From IMG/VR virus record IMGVR_UViG_3300032116_000210, positions 1-59,867 of that record: 59,867 bases of DNA. One strand, given 5' to 3'. Each line of letters begins with the position of its first letter. Position 1 is the stretch's first letter. The DNA comes from a virus. Its lineage: Duplodnaviria; Caudoviricetes. Below the pieces are notes generated by a model. That model was not told the origin of the DNA. It saw only the letters and a list, made by a program, of their open reading frames with translations, and made no database searches. Positions 39,001 through 46,862 of the stretch are shown piece by piece. The position numbers and the translations under genes were made by a program.

Positions 39001-42000
39001 CGTGCTCTACGACGACCAGATCGGAGAGAACACCAAGTTTGGTGAGTTCCAGCTGCCGGGTGGTGAGAACTACGCAGAGCTAATGCTGCAGCTGCCCGAC
39101 TCCGTCACCAAAGCCCGCGGCATTTCTGATTACCGCGTGCCGCAGATGCACCGCTACGGCAAACGCGACGCGGACTACAACCGCCTGCTGCACGTTCGCT
39201 TCAATGACCGCACCGACGCCGACGGCAACCGCGTGCTGTTCATCGAAGAGATTCAATCCGACTGGGCGCAGGAGGGTAGAAAGAGAGGGTTTGCCAAGGC
39301 TGGCGATAAGGCCTACGAAGTGCGGTTAAGCATGAACGGGGCGCGGGTCAACGCCGATGGCCAGGCCGTCTTTGCCACCCGCGAAGAAGCGCAAGAGCTT
39401 GCCGATAGAACGTCTGGCGCTCCGGCTTTCATGAATGCAGAAGTTGTTGAAATCGAAGCGCGCGGCGTATCGCAAGCCCCCTTCGTGCAAGACACCAAAG
39501 CCTGGGTCACCCTGGCCGTCAAGCGCATGCTGGTCTTTGCCGCAAGAAACGGCTACGACAAGGTGGCGTTCATCAATGGCCAGCAGTCAGCCGACCGGTA
39601 TGACTTGAGTAAGCAAGTCGATCGCGTTTCGTACTTCCCGGATTCGCAAATGGTAGTTGCTTACAAAAATGGCCGAATCGCAGCCGAGAAAAAAGTAGCT
39701 GACGAAAACGAACTAGCTGATGTCATCGGTAAAGACGCTGCGCGCAAAATTCTTGAACAGCCAGTAGAAGAAGTGGTTAACGCCCGCGGCAATCAAGCTC
39801 AAAGTTTGTCCGGCGTCGACCTCAAGGTCGGCGGCGAAGGCATGATCAAGTTCTACGACCAGATCGTGCCCCAGGTCGTCAACGACGTGCTCAAGAAAGT
39901 CGGCGGCGGCAAGCTCGAGCCAACCACCCTGGTCAACCAGGAAGGCGACTTCGACGCCGAGGATCTCGGCAACGCAACGCAGGCAGAGCTCGACCAGCTG
40001 GCAGCCGGCGGCGTGGCGATGATCCAGCCAGGCTTCACCATCACCGACGAGATGCGCGAGAAGGTCGAAGACGGCATGCCGCTCTTTTCCCGCAAGCGCA
40101 ACTACGGCACGCTGACCGCAGCCCAGGAGCAGGCGCTGCGCAACGTCGGCGGCATCGTGCCCACGCAGACCGTCAAGCAGCGCGCCGCAGAGCTCAAGCA
40201 GAAGTTCAGCCGCAGCTGGTTCTCCGGCATCTTCGACCAGTTCGCGCCGCTCAAAGAAGTCGACCAGCGGGCCTACATGCTGGCCCGTCTGTCCAAGGGT
40301 TCCGACGGGGCCCTGGAAGCGCTGATGCTCTACGGCAAACCGTTCATGAACGGCGACGTGCCCGACGTCAATGTCAACGACAAGGGCTTTATCCACGTCA
40401 TGGCCAGCCTCAAGGGCGAGCACGACCGCTTCCTCTGGTGGGTGGCCGCGCAGCGGGCCGAGAACCTCAAAGCCCAGGGCCGTGAGAACCTCTTCACCGA
40501 CCAGGACATCAGCTCGCTGAAGTCGCTCAACCAGGGCAACTTCGACGACGGCACGCCAAGGGCCCAGGCCTACGCCAACGCCCTGGTCAAGATGAACGAG
40601 TTCAACGACGCGGTGCTCGCGATCGCCGAGAAGTCCGGTCTCATCGACAGCGCGGCGCGGCAGCTCTTCAAAGACATGCCCTACGTGCCGTTCTACCGGG
40701 TCATGGAAGACGGCCTCGAGGGGCCGAGCTTTAGCTCCGGCCTGGTCAACCAGCAGGCCTGGAAGAAACTCAAGGGCGGCACGCAGAAACTCAACGAGGA
40801 CCTGCTCTCTAACGTCCTGCTCAACTGGGCCCACCTCTTCGATGCGTCTGGTAAGAACCGCGCAGCGGTGGCATCCATGCAGGCCGCAACCCAGATCGGT
40901 ATCGCGCAGCCCGTGGCCGCCGGCACCAAGGGTGCGGTCAAGGTCATGGAGCAGGGGCAGACCAAGCACTACACCATCGACGACCCCTACATCATGGAGG
41001 CCGTCACCTCGCTGAACTACCAGGCCCCTGGATTCTTCCAGCCTTTCAGCACGTTTAAGAAGTGGCTCACGATCGGCGTCACCGCCAGCCCGACCTTCAA
41101 GATCAAGAACCTGATCCGCGACTCCCTGCAGGCCATCGGCACCACGGACCTGAGCTACAACGTGGCCAGCAACGTGATGAAGGGCTTCAAGCTCGGCAGC
41201 CAGGACACCCAGACCTTCGCATCCATGCTCGCCGGCGGCGGCCTGATCCGCTTCGGCTCCATGCTCGAGGGCACCAGCCGCACGCAGTACCTGATCGAGC
41301 GGCAGGGCGGCATTCTGCTCAACGAAGGCGGCTGGAAAAAACTGCAGCGCCAGATGACCGGCCTGGTCGAGGCCTACGCAGAGGTCGGCGATCGCCTGGA
41401 GAACGTCAACCGGGCAGCGCTCTACGACCGACTGATCGCCAAGGGCTACAGCCAGGCCGAGGCCAACTTCATGGCCCGCGACCTGATGGACTTCAGCCTG
41501 CAGGGCCGCTGGCCGGTGGTTCGTTTCCTTGCCCAGTCGGTGCCGTTCCTGAATGCCCGACTTCAGGGTCTGAGCAAACTTGGGCGAGGGGCCAAAGAGG
41601 ACCCCCGACGGTTCGGCTATGTGGTCGGCGCCGTGGCGATGGCCAGCATTGCGCTGATGCTCGCCTACGAGGACGACGAAGACTGGAAGAAGCGCCCCGA
41701 TTGGGACCGCGACGCCAACTGGTGGTTCAAGATCGGCGACACCGCCTTCCGTATCCCGAAGCCCTTCGAGATTGGCGCCATCGGCACGGTGGCAGAGCGC
41801 ACCTGGGAGATGGCGTTTAACCAGGAGATGACCTGGAAGCGCTACCGCGCTCGCCTGAGCCACATGCTCTTCGAGACGTTCGCGATGGACCCCACGCCGC
41901 AGCTCATCGTGCCGATCTCCGAGATCTACGCCAACCGGGAAGGGTTCACCGGCCGCCCGATCGAGGGCATGAGCCTGGAAAAACTGCGCCCCGAAGACCG

Positions 42001-42583
42001 GGCCACCGAGAGCACCTCCAGTGTCGCCCGCATGCTGGGCCAGATGGGGCTACCCAGCCCGGTGTCCCTCGTCAAGGGCAGCTACGAGAAGCTCTCGCCG
42101 GTGCAGATCGACCACCTCATCCGCGGCTACTTCGGATGGCTAGGCACGACGGCCAGCAACATCGTGGACTTCGGGCTGCGGCCGCTAATGGGTCGTGGCG
42201 AGCGGCCTGAGTACCGCCTGAAAGACGTCTTCGTGGTGGGCAACTTCGCCGAGGGTCTACCCGCAGGCTCGAGCCGCTACGTCGACCAGCTCTATGACCA
42301 GGCGCGTATCATCGAGCAGGCCTACATGAGCTACCGCGACGCCGTGAAGAAGGGCGATCGGGAGCAGGCCAAAGAACTGCTGGCAGAAGAGGGCGACAAG
42401 ATCCGCGCCTACAAGGCGATCAACCGGATCTCGGACCAGGTGTCAGAAATCAACCGCAAAATTCGGCAGATTGAAGCTAGCAAGACCCTGTCTGCAGAGA
42501 CCAAGCGGCGGATGATTGACCAGCTGTCTCAGCGCAAGAACGCCATCGCCCAACGCAGCCAGCGGTTCGCTGCGATCGACTGA
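33074..42583 (+). CDS. Giant (3169 aa) polyvalent ejection protein: glycine-zipper N-terminus, HExxH peptidase, HhH-glycosylase-like and other effector-like domains, LPD38-like C-terminus
   Basis: Single uninterrupted ORF with consistent codon bias. HELTH at 35627, WY..SPQ..N..G.K..F..N..TID.WM.R, AYRPGWH..WAEVE, EEIQSDW and RIPKPFEIG motifs. Confidence 0.88.
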   Translation: MALVPEDDLPEGLAPRGLAVPDDDLPGAPTKEKGFVSNVGDLLVEGGKSAIASAQVSPAVISGEGVQDKAGLIAQQLAKPQTDQPKELREAKGAFKDEGEAWEKSQGFLEGAGAVGQMLFEVGRQAVTNPKGVAYMLSEQAANMAPAIVGMIAGGKTGAMVGSVAGPKGAAVGGVAGAVGGAFTGQAPLEIGSEFIGLVGKELSARGLEPTEANVAALLQDPEFTQGAINDARVKGATTAGIDAALTVASGGIATGPRRAALKTATEELGAGADAAQIAKRAGEILDQRTLGQKATTGATAVGVDVAGGGLSEAGGQLAAYGQVDLADVGLEMLGELGGAAIEVPAAGYSVTRDQISRQRQAQAQQLLQQAPDAATAAAAANELAGSVADLEAAVSQYLTPGGAIPTPEQAAAAPAGPREDPTRAMIDRQAGLIAEAQAAGTEFDRQMALDQAQAALPQPQEGRSAGYVDLTPMNDMQAQQRLAILRDETARSGGNALALAIVPHPAQEGRFAIGTQALPDLNLPTTTPTVTPDQAQFQIESAALGGQVSQARAEDSATRGPVIDRALKNVEERGGVATPSEARIFQEAGIGQPYDRVDPALEPGPAPLIETAGAARESFTPNQQLADQEVQADQAARRQADLAQRERTTQEQITATSQPQAAPDAGQVISALVTPGTQRSAEQVRLVNQARSRYSPQDFSILERAATAPFQLDTQERMRLRELRNPPAVPETSTIVPETGTGLMGTRVAARLGQPSNGRIVTTNAKFSTQRIDGKITINDSGTQHEVRVVEPARMGTEGRLLQQLARIFNKRLIAFESDTLQVDGFVRDEDNGAIYINAKASVSPLAVFGHELTHQLKRDNPQAYAALEAVVQRELGEGAMAQFEKDYGEGANLEEITSDLVGNRFQETDFWQSVFDEIAAQNSEQARNIVYRLAAAITRAVNAFMKVVRQPGFQSDQYVKDLNAVKVAVRQALTTYAQQQRPATEQAAETTAEPAQPAARPSMAERLREAARAARTEMGETVTASKARRGGVVEQAGEFTIRTQKDGTLGVNGDPEAIRALLPEGIAGRVVPGGMVFTTAAAPRVRAALEGRKLAYSRAGQVTEKLPMKDGKYVGAPEKFNTPGKITQLRKWLNRLAREGEAGRYWYENSSREVLAMVGGNVTEARKFVALLSIYSPQAKVDANSTFALRAWAQYKAGQPISVKTGVQDRKAQEALDDVDAFWSGEKTGNFFFNLLREIDPSTAGKQGATIDMWMMRAGQYSNDAPTATQYAFMENETNRLAQELGWEPQQVQAAIWVAMKARMENAGVKKRTEASSEKKGWIRYEYPLKNGKPRKTRVIVDAQKHRDNWLKHAFEHDPTKDDTQQAKFDFSDGLRRHVGQLSWEARPGRSTNVLPGVNDAPYEQQVEFQQAVQKALLDENGIDLLAYKLGMLIDGPDILAPGVWQGEIAAGMQKLVALAPAKGDEGKTSIDPAQKKAIETYAAMLGLLLRQEGVGYHRPFYNSAKSANNGVDLVVGRTLSPAEAQSLWAAIDQRMRAEGVENWENSAGMISSPTGMRVVNFGAVSDNIAFRELVRDAAETLAIDEVELQSFASDGDLVFNDWKESPNGEDYRSRIREAYGPDLLEWAGTVLAPRVQAVFNEFSSRYGWGDPGRVDTLFDQPAAEAGPAQEVTSTDPSAGDQNLQFSRRRKPAPKKTVKAYKLFRVDARKPGQLFPLFVNANDPVDIGVWLDADEGPLTEKGKVKSKIGELAYRPGWHAGDVPIATHIGGKSDPSLTAPDVRPENHVWAEVEMAADRDWQKEANKRGTNAQGKLIAGKAHITDQIPTDGFYRYKTNPNMTGNWLIGGSMKVNRILSDTEVERINADAGVEDLPREQPFDAEKYGFGKAKLSRQRTGPFYSQLAEAIDQVPERLATQPAAQWKAWLASNASKLGVKKDELEWSGINDYLDLRGKDKVSKDEIGEYLDANNVQVKDVLYDDQIGENTKFGEFQLPGGENYAELMLQLPDSVTKARGISDYRVPQMHRYGKRDADYNRLLHVRFNDRTDADGNRVLFIEEIQSDWAQEGRKRGFAKAGDKAYEVRLSMNGARVNADGQAVFATREEAQELADRTSGAPAFMNAEVVEIEARGVSQAPFVQDTKAWVTLAVKRMLVFAARNGYDKVAFINGQQSADRYDLSKQVDRVSYFPDSQMVVAYKNGRIAAEKKVADENELADVIGKDAARKILEQPVEEVVNARGNQAQSLSGVDLKVGGEGMIKFYDQIVPQVVNDVLKKVGGGKLEPTTLVNQEGDFDAEDLGNATQAELDQLAAGGVAMIQPGFTITDEMREKVEDGMPLFSRKRNYGTLTAAQEQALRNVGGIVPTQTVKQRAAELKQKFSRSWFSGIFDQFAPLKEVDQRAYMLARLSKGSDGALEALMLYGKPFMNGDVPDVNVNDKGFIHVMASLKGEHDRFLWWVAAQRAENLKAQGRENLFTDQDISSLKSLNQGNFDDGTPRAQAYANALVKMNEFNDAVLAIAEKSGLIDSAARQLFKDMPYVPFYRVMEDGLEGPSFSSGLVNQQAWKKLKGGTQKLNEDLLSNVLLNWAHLFDASGKNRAAVASMQAATQIGIAQPVAAGTKGAVKVMEQGQTKHYTIDDPYIMEAVTSLNYQAPGFFQPFSTFKKWLTIGVTASPTFKIKNLIRDSLQAIGTTDLSYNVASNVMKGFKLGSQDTQTFASMLAGGGLIRFGSMLEGTSRTQYLIERQGGILLNEGGWKKLQRQMTGLVEAYAEVGDRLENVNRAALYDRLIAKGYSQAEANFMARDLMDFSLQGRWPVVRFLAQSVPFLNARLQGLSKLGRGAKEDPRRFGYVVGAVAMASIALMLAYEDDEDWKKRPDWDRDANWWFKIGDTAFRIPKPFEIGAIGTVAERTWEMAFNQEMTWKRYRARLSHMLFETFAMDPTPQLIVPISEIYANREGFTGRPIEGMSLEKLRPEDRATESTSSVARMLGQMGLPSPVSLVKGSYEKLSPVQIDHLIRGYFGWLGTTASNIVDFGLRPLMGRGERPEYRLKDVFVVGNFAEGLPAGSSRYVDQLYDQARIIEQAYMSYRDAVKKGDREQAKELLAEEGDKIRAYKAINRISDQVSEINRKIRQIEASKTLSAETKRRMIDQLSQRKNAIAQRSQRFAAID
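37902..38096 (+). CDS. Candidate nested +1-frame gene (64 aa, MAKIIDRGYAKPTDPIYSNGPELFSP...)
   Basis: AAGGA 8 nt before the ATG. TTGTAA-17bp-GACAAT at 37755-37783 in a locally AT-rich patch. Confidence 0.45.
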   Translation: MAKIIDRGYAKPTDPIYSNGPELFSPRAFRPSSTSSAPDTAGETPAESTPSSTSQQQKPGQPKK

Positions 42584-42585
42584 TT

Positions 42586-42794
42586 CGTGTGCAGATTTTG
42601 TGCAGTGACGGGGTCAAACAACTGCACACAAGAGCGTACAAGGGCGTACTAGAGCGTTGATTTTTTGAGGTTTTGTTCTGTATGTCTATGTACGTTGGTG
42701 CCCAGGAGAGTCCTCGCATTGCACGCCTAAGTACTTGATTGTATTATTCCCGCCTGAGGGCGTGTGAAGATTCTGTCCATCGGATCTTCACACG
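42586..42794. promoter_or_regulatory. attP region; core TGGTGCCCAGGAGAG (42696-42710) is the reverse complement of a tRNA-Leu-like 3' end
   Basis: The minus strand reads CTCTCCTGGGCACCA. IHF consensus match at 42728-42740. Arm-like repeats at 42586 and 42761 (16/19 identical). Lies directly upstream of the integrase. Confidence 0.78.
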
Positions 42795-42817
42795 AGCAAC
42801 GCCGTACAGGAGGGAAC

Positions 42818-43837
42818 ATGGCAAGCGTTAAACCGTACAGAGAGGGCTGGCGGGCAGTCATTCGCCGGGTGGGTTACCCGGTCAGATCGAAGATCTTCAA
42901 GATCAAGAAGGACGCCGATGCGTGGGCTCGAGAGATCGAGTCCAGCATGGACAACAACAAGTACCGGGACCTGGCCAAGGCCAAGGAGCACACGGTCGGG
43001 GCGCTCTTCGAGCGCTTCCGAGACGAGGTCTGCCCGCATCGCAAGGGTGCGCGGTGGGACCGGGTCCGAATCAACTTCCTGCTCAAGACCGCAGAGTTCA
43101 CCAAGCGCCGGCTGGACCAGCTGCGGTTCGAAGACATCCGCGACTGGCGCGACGCCAGGCTTAAGAAGGTCTCCCCGCCTTCGGTCAACCGTGAGATGAA
43201 CCTCATCTCCGGCATCTTCAGCCACGCCATCGAGGAGTGGTCCGCACCCCTGGCCGGCAACCCCGTGCACATGGTCAGCCGACCCAAGGGCTCCGATCGC
43301 CAGCGCAACCGGCGCTGGTACGACGATGAGCTGCAGGCGGTCCTAGACGCCGCCAAATGGGACGAGAAGGTCAAGCCAAGGACCGGCAAGGAGATGATGC
43401 CGTGGGCCCTCCTGCTGGCCCTAGAGACGGCAATGCGGCCCAGCGAGCTGACCGCGCTCAAGGTCTCAGACTTCCACCCCAAAGAACGCTGCGTGCGGCT
43501 AGTCGACAGCAAGAACGGCGAGGGCAGGGACGTGCCCCTGTCGACCAAGGCCATGCAGTACCTGGCCTTTCTGACAGAAGGGCGGCGCAGCGGCGAGCTG
43601 ATCTTTATCGTGAGCTGGGAAAGCCTGGGCGCCTACTACCGGGACGCCCGCAAGAAGGCCGGCATGGCGGATTCAGATCTGCGGTTCCGGGATCTGCGGC
43701 ACGAGGCCACGACGCGCCTGAGCCGCAAGTTCAGCAACCAGCTGGAGCTGGCTGCCGTGACCGGGCACCGGTCACTGCAGTCCTTGAAGCGCTACTACAA
43801 CCCCACCGCGGCCGAGCTGGCCAAGCGGCTGGACTGA
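42818..43837 (+). CDS. int: Tyrosine recombinase / integrase
   Basis: ETAMR, SKNG, FRDLRHEATTRL and VTGH...LKRY catalytic motifs. ATG at 42818 with AGGAGG RBS. Confidence 0.95.
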   Translation: MASVKPYREGWRAVIRRVGYPVRSKIFKIKKDADAWAREIESSMDNNKYRDLAKAKEHTVGALFERFRDEVCPHRKGARWDRVRINFLLKTAEFTKRRLDQLRFEDIRDWRDARLKKVSPPSVNREMNLISGIFSHAIEEWSAPLAGNPVHMVSRPKGSDRQRNRRWYDDELQAVLDAAKWDEKVKPRTGKEMMPWALLLALETAMRPSELTALKVSDFHPKERCVRLVDSKNGEGRDVPLSTKAMQYLAFLTEGRRSGELIFIVSWESLGAYYRDARKKAGMADSDLRFRDLRHEATTRLSRKFSNQLELAAVTGHRSLQSLKRYYNPTAAELAKRLD

Positions 43838-44196
43838 GCCACCGCCGTGACCTGCGCGTGCAGGGCCTTCTTGGCCCTGTGCTTGCGCTGTTTCTCGGCG
43901 TCGGTCATGCGCTGCCGTTTGACGTCCTTGCCGGCGCCCAGCTTGTAGATCTTGGTCACGTCCCGGCCATGTCCGTCTTTGTCCCACATGCAAATGTGGG
44001 CGGCGCCAGCCCGATGCAATTCGCGGGTGTACTGAAGCACGGTCACGTAGTGCAGGCCGGTCATCTCGGCCAGCTCCTGGCAGGAGTACGTGCCCTCGAG
44101 TAGCAGCTTGATGAGCTGCGCCTGGGTGATGGCGTTGATCTTGATGATCCGCCGGCCGGTGTTGTTGGGTGGGGGTGATCTAGTCATGGTCGCCAC
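43795..44196 (-). CDS. Winged-HTH DNA-binding protein
   Basis: YSCQELAEMTGLHYVTVLQYTREL HTH plus wing. Converges on int. The start may be ATG 44187. Confidence 0.72.
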   Translation of the reverse strand: MATMTRSPPPNNTGRRIIKINAITQAQLIKLLLEGTYSCQELAEMTGLHYVTVLQYTRELHRAGAAHICMWDKDGHGRDVTKIYKLGAGKDVKRQRMTDAEKQRKHRAKKALHAQVTAVAQSSRLASSAAVGL

Positions 44197-44530
44197 CCTC
44201 CGACAGGTCCACCTCGTACGGCACGCCAGAGACCCGGTGCTTTGCGTCGGGCGCCTCCCTGGGGCCAGTCAATAGTTCCGTCTTGCGGTAGCACACGGCG
44301 CCGATCCAGGACCCCAGCGCGTTGCCGTAGTAGCCCTGGCACCAGCAGTCTTCGCCGCACGGCCCGCGGGGGTAGGTGGGCATGAGCAGGCGGTGCTTGA
44401 CACACAGGTCCTGCAAATCAAATCCGTCGATACCAATCTCATCTGGCCATTCGGCGAGCAGCTCCTGCGCGAACAGGCGCAGCGCGGCCAGGTCGCTCTT
44501 GGCCCGGGTCAACTCATCACTCAAGCTCAT
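44180..44530 (-). CDS. Hypothetical protein (Cys motif PCGEDCWC)
   Basis: Overlaps its neighbours in the early operon. Confidence 0.7.
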   Translation of the reverse strand: MSLSDELTRAKSDLAALRLFAQELLAEWPDEIGIDGFDLQDLCVKHRLLMPTYPRGPCGEDCWCQGYYGNALGSWIGAVCYRKTELLTGPREAPDAKHRVSGVPYEVDLSEGGDHD

Positions 44531-44696
44531 CTTCGGTCTCTCCTATCTGCACGTCTTCGGCCGGCATCTCGATGGTCCAGAACTGGTGCTCGCAGTTAAA
44601 GCAGAAGCGGCGGCGTTTGCTCCACCGCGGCTGCTCCGGTATGACCCTGGTCTCCCTGACCTTCGTGTAGTGGTGTTCGCAACTTGGACAATTCAT
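44517..44696 (-). CDS. Zinc-ribbon protein (NrdR N-terminal-like)
   Basis: MNCPSC...TKVRETR...RRRFCFNCEHQFWTIE, with GGAGG RBS. Confidence 0.78.
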   Translation of the reverse strand: MNCPSCEHHYTKVRETRVIPEQPRWSKRRRFCFNCEHQFWTIEMPAEDVQIGETEDELE

Positions 44697-44857
44697 TTCT
44701 TCCCTCCTGTTTCCCTCGTTCAAAAGCAATCTCATAAAACCTGCGCAGCTCCTGGTAGTTCGCCGGCTGCAGCGTGTCGACGTGAATCTTGTGCGAGTGC
44801 CACACCACCCGCGTCTTTGAGAAGCCGGCCTGCCGGGCCAGGGCCTCGAGCTCCTGG

Positions 44858-45166
44858 TCAGTCATGTCGATCTTTCCCCGTTTCATCGACACGTTCTTGG
44901 CTCATGTCGATGGCGTGTACAGGTGCAAGGTACAAACCAACATCGCCAGCCTGCGGCTTTAGGCCAAGATTAACTTTCCACTCGGTCATGCCTTGCGATG
45001 CAACCGCTGACATGTGGGCTAATTCTTTTTCCCAGATCCACGCCACCGGCTCCGGTTCAGGCTGCGCTAGTCGGTCACGCAGAGCTATGGCTGCTCGTAG
45101 TTGAATATCAGGGTTGTCGCTGTCTAACGCATCCAACGCCCTCTGCATCAGTTCACGGTCTCTCAT
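44858..45166 (-). CDS. Hypothetical protein
   Basis: MQRALDAL...QPEPEPVAW...LY motif common in proteobacterial phages. Confidence 0.7.
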   Translation of the reverse strand: MRDRELMQRALDALDSDNPDIQLRAAIALRDRLAQPEPEPVAWIWEKELAHMSAVASQGMTEWKVNLGLKPQAGDVGLYLAPVHAIDMSQERVDETGKDRHD

Positions 45167-45357
45167 TTCTCACCCCTTGCTCTGATTGCTTTGGCACATT
45201 CATTCCCATCAACATAGCGCACCATGTCGTCAACCAACTTCGCACACGCCTCACGCTCTGCTTGTATTGCCTGCTCTAGCTTTTGGCGTAACTCATCCCT
45301 CTGCGCTCGTATGCACTCAGGTCTGTCGCAGTAGTAACTACAAGTGTGGATGCTCAT
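45163..45357 (-). CDS. Hypothetical protein
   Basis: HTCSYYCDRPECI and AEREACAK...AIRARG phage modules, with ATGA overlaps. Confidence 0.72.
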   Translation of the reverse strand: MSIHTCSYYCDRPECIRAQRDELRQKLEQAIQAEREACAKLVDDMVRYVDGNECAKAIRARGEK

Positions 45358-45593
45358 CTCTTCCCTCCCACGTACACCGTCACCCCGTCCAGGTCCGTGA
45401 CGGTCTGAATAATTGGCAGCGCCACGTCGTACTGCTGCCCCCGCATCACCACCTTCCGCACAGTGAGCTGCTCGAGCTGGCGGTCTAGCGCCCGCTGGAT
45501 CTCGAGGTAGTGCCGGTGCTGCTGGTAGAGCAGCTCCTGGCGCAGCTGCTCTACCTCCCGCTGCAGCGCCTCCTTAGTCTTCTGGCTGCTCAC
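45354..45593 (-). CDS. Hypothetical coiled-coil protein (start uncertain)
   Basis: 3' part of ORF 45354..45680. The stop overlaps the next start. Confidence 0.5.
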   Translation of the reverse strand: MSSQKTKEALQREVEQLRQELLYQQHRHYLEIQRALDRQLEQLTVRKVVMRGQQYDVALPIIQTVTDLDGVTVYVGGKR

Positions 45594-45765
45594 CTGGTTG
45601 CTCAAACTGAAACCGTTCGTAGAGTTCGTTCCAGATCTCGGCCTGGATGAACTGCCGCACGTGCTCGGCCGGCGGCGCATCGTCGTGCTTGTGCGCCCGG
45701 TTCCAGCCCAGGTTGATGCCGTTCTCGATGCACTGCTCCAGCACGGGGATAAGACGCGGCTTCAC
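45574..45765 (-). CDS. Hypothetical protein
   Basis: VLEQCIENGINLGWNRAHKH motif. Coupled to the upstream gene. Confidence 0.7.
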   Translation of the reverse strand: MKPRLIPVLEQCIENGINLGWNRAHKHDDAPPAEHVRQFIQAEIWNELYERFQFEQPGEQPED

Positions 45766-46136
45766 TCTTCTACCCTTTCATACGTGGCCTCGAAGATGTC
45801 CGGCTTGCATGGGTAGTGTTCGCCCTTCACGCCGGTAATAATCCAGTCGCCGGGGCAGACGATGTGGCCACCTTCCAGCGTGTCGATCCAGCCGTGGTTG
45901 TGCATGATCTCGCCGCACTTGTCGCACTGACGCTCGCCTGCGTAAGCCTTGTCCGGGTGGCGGAAGTAGCGCACGATGTCGCCTTCCCACTTCATCTGTT
46001 TGCGATGCTCCGGCGAAAACTGCACGAGGTCGCCGGCTGCAAACCCGTCGTGCGTCTTGCTGTAGTCAAGTGGGTGATCGCCGTTCTTAAACCATTGCGT
46101 GGCCTCAATGACCACGGGCTTCTTTCTAAATTTCAT
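45762..46136 (-). CDS. Conserved phage protein (FRKKPVVIEA...GDWIITGVKGEHYPCKPDIF family)
   Basis: Recognisable widespread phage motif. Confidence 0.85.
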   Translation of the reverse strand: MKFRKKPVVIEATQWFKNGDHPLDYSKTHDGFAAGDLVQFSPEHRKQMKWEGDIVRYFRHPDKAYAGERQCDKCGEIMHNHGWIDTLEGGHIVCPGDWIITGVKGEHYPCKPDIFEATYERVEE

Positions 46137-46783
46137 TCCTCACCCCTCCCGTCGTACATCACCGTGCTGGTATCCCCCAAGCGCCACTTCGCGCGCTGCT
46201 CGACCCGGTACTTCTTGGTTGCAACTTTGAAATCGGGAAACTTCATCTCGCTGGGATTGAACGCCGGATCAAAAAATCGGCAGCGATTGTTCGGCTGCAG
46301 CGCGATCTGCCCGTTATCCAACGTAATGACGTTGTAGCTTTTGTGCTCGTCGACGGTCTCGCTGAAAGTGAAATCAGGAATGCGCGGGTCGGGATTGCAG
46401 GTATCCAGCGTGAACTGATACACGCCCGCGTGTTTTACTTTGTCCTTCCCAAGGAACTCGCACCGCAGACCTTTAAGTAGGGGCTTCTCAACTACCGTCA
46501 CGTAGTACGACAGTGCGTCCCAGATCTGCAGCACATCTAGGGGCAACATCTGGCAGCCAATCAAGTAGTCGACCGGGCGCCACAGAAAAGCGTCGATCGG
46601 CAGCTTGTCGTAGAGCGCGCCGTACTCCGGCAGATAAGTCTCGAAGCGGAAGGCTTCGCCGCGGTGCGCCTTGACGCTGCACCAGATGCCCTCGACTACT
46701 TCGCCTTTGCCGCGCTCGAAGTCGTACAGGTACTCGGCGCGGACGAATACCTTCATGGGTGGTAAGGGGCATACAAAATTCAC
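46133..46783 (-). CDS. Conserved phage hypothetical protein
   Basis: VRAEYLYD, GALYDKLP, LQIWD, EHKS and LDNGQIALQPNNR motifs. GGAGG RBS. Confidence 0.8.
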   Translation of the reverse strand: MNFVCPLPPMKVFVRAEYLYDFERGKGEVVEGIWCSVKAHRGEAFRFETYLPEYGALYDKLPIDAFLWRPVDYLIGCQMLPLDVLQIWDALSYYVTVVEKPLLKGLRCEFLGKDKVKHAGVYQFTLDTCNPDPRIPDFTFSETVDEHKSYNVITLDNGQIALQPNNRCRFFDPAFNPSEMKFPDFKVATKKYRVEQRAKWRLGDTSTVMYDGRGEE

Positions 46784-46862
46784 GCAGAACCTCCGTTTTC
46801 AGTAAGCAAATACTTCAAGGAAATTACCTATAACTGTAATAAATCTGTGAAAATCTTGGGCC

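Noticed and set aside
39713-41863. 716-aa antisense ORF opposite the giant gene (also 35846-37150 and 34550-35641)
   Set aside because: Shadow frames expected from strong GC3 bias on the sense strand. No RBS or protein-like motifs.
42690-42720. tRNA gene
   Set aside because: Only the last 15 nt match. The T-arm diverges and there is no cloverleaf, so it is treated as the attP core.
46802-46816. Additional CI operator (GTAAGCAAATACTTC)
   Set aside because: Only the left half-site fits the consensus.
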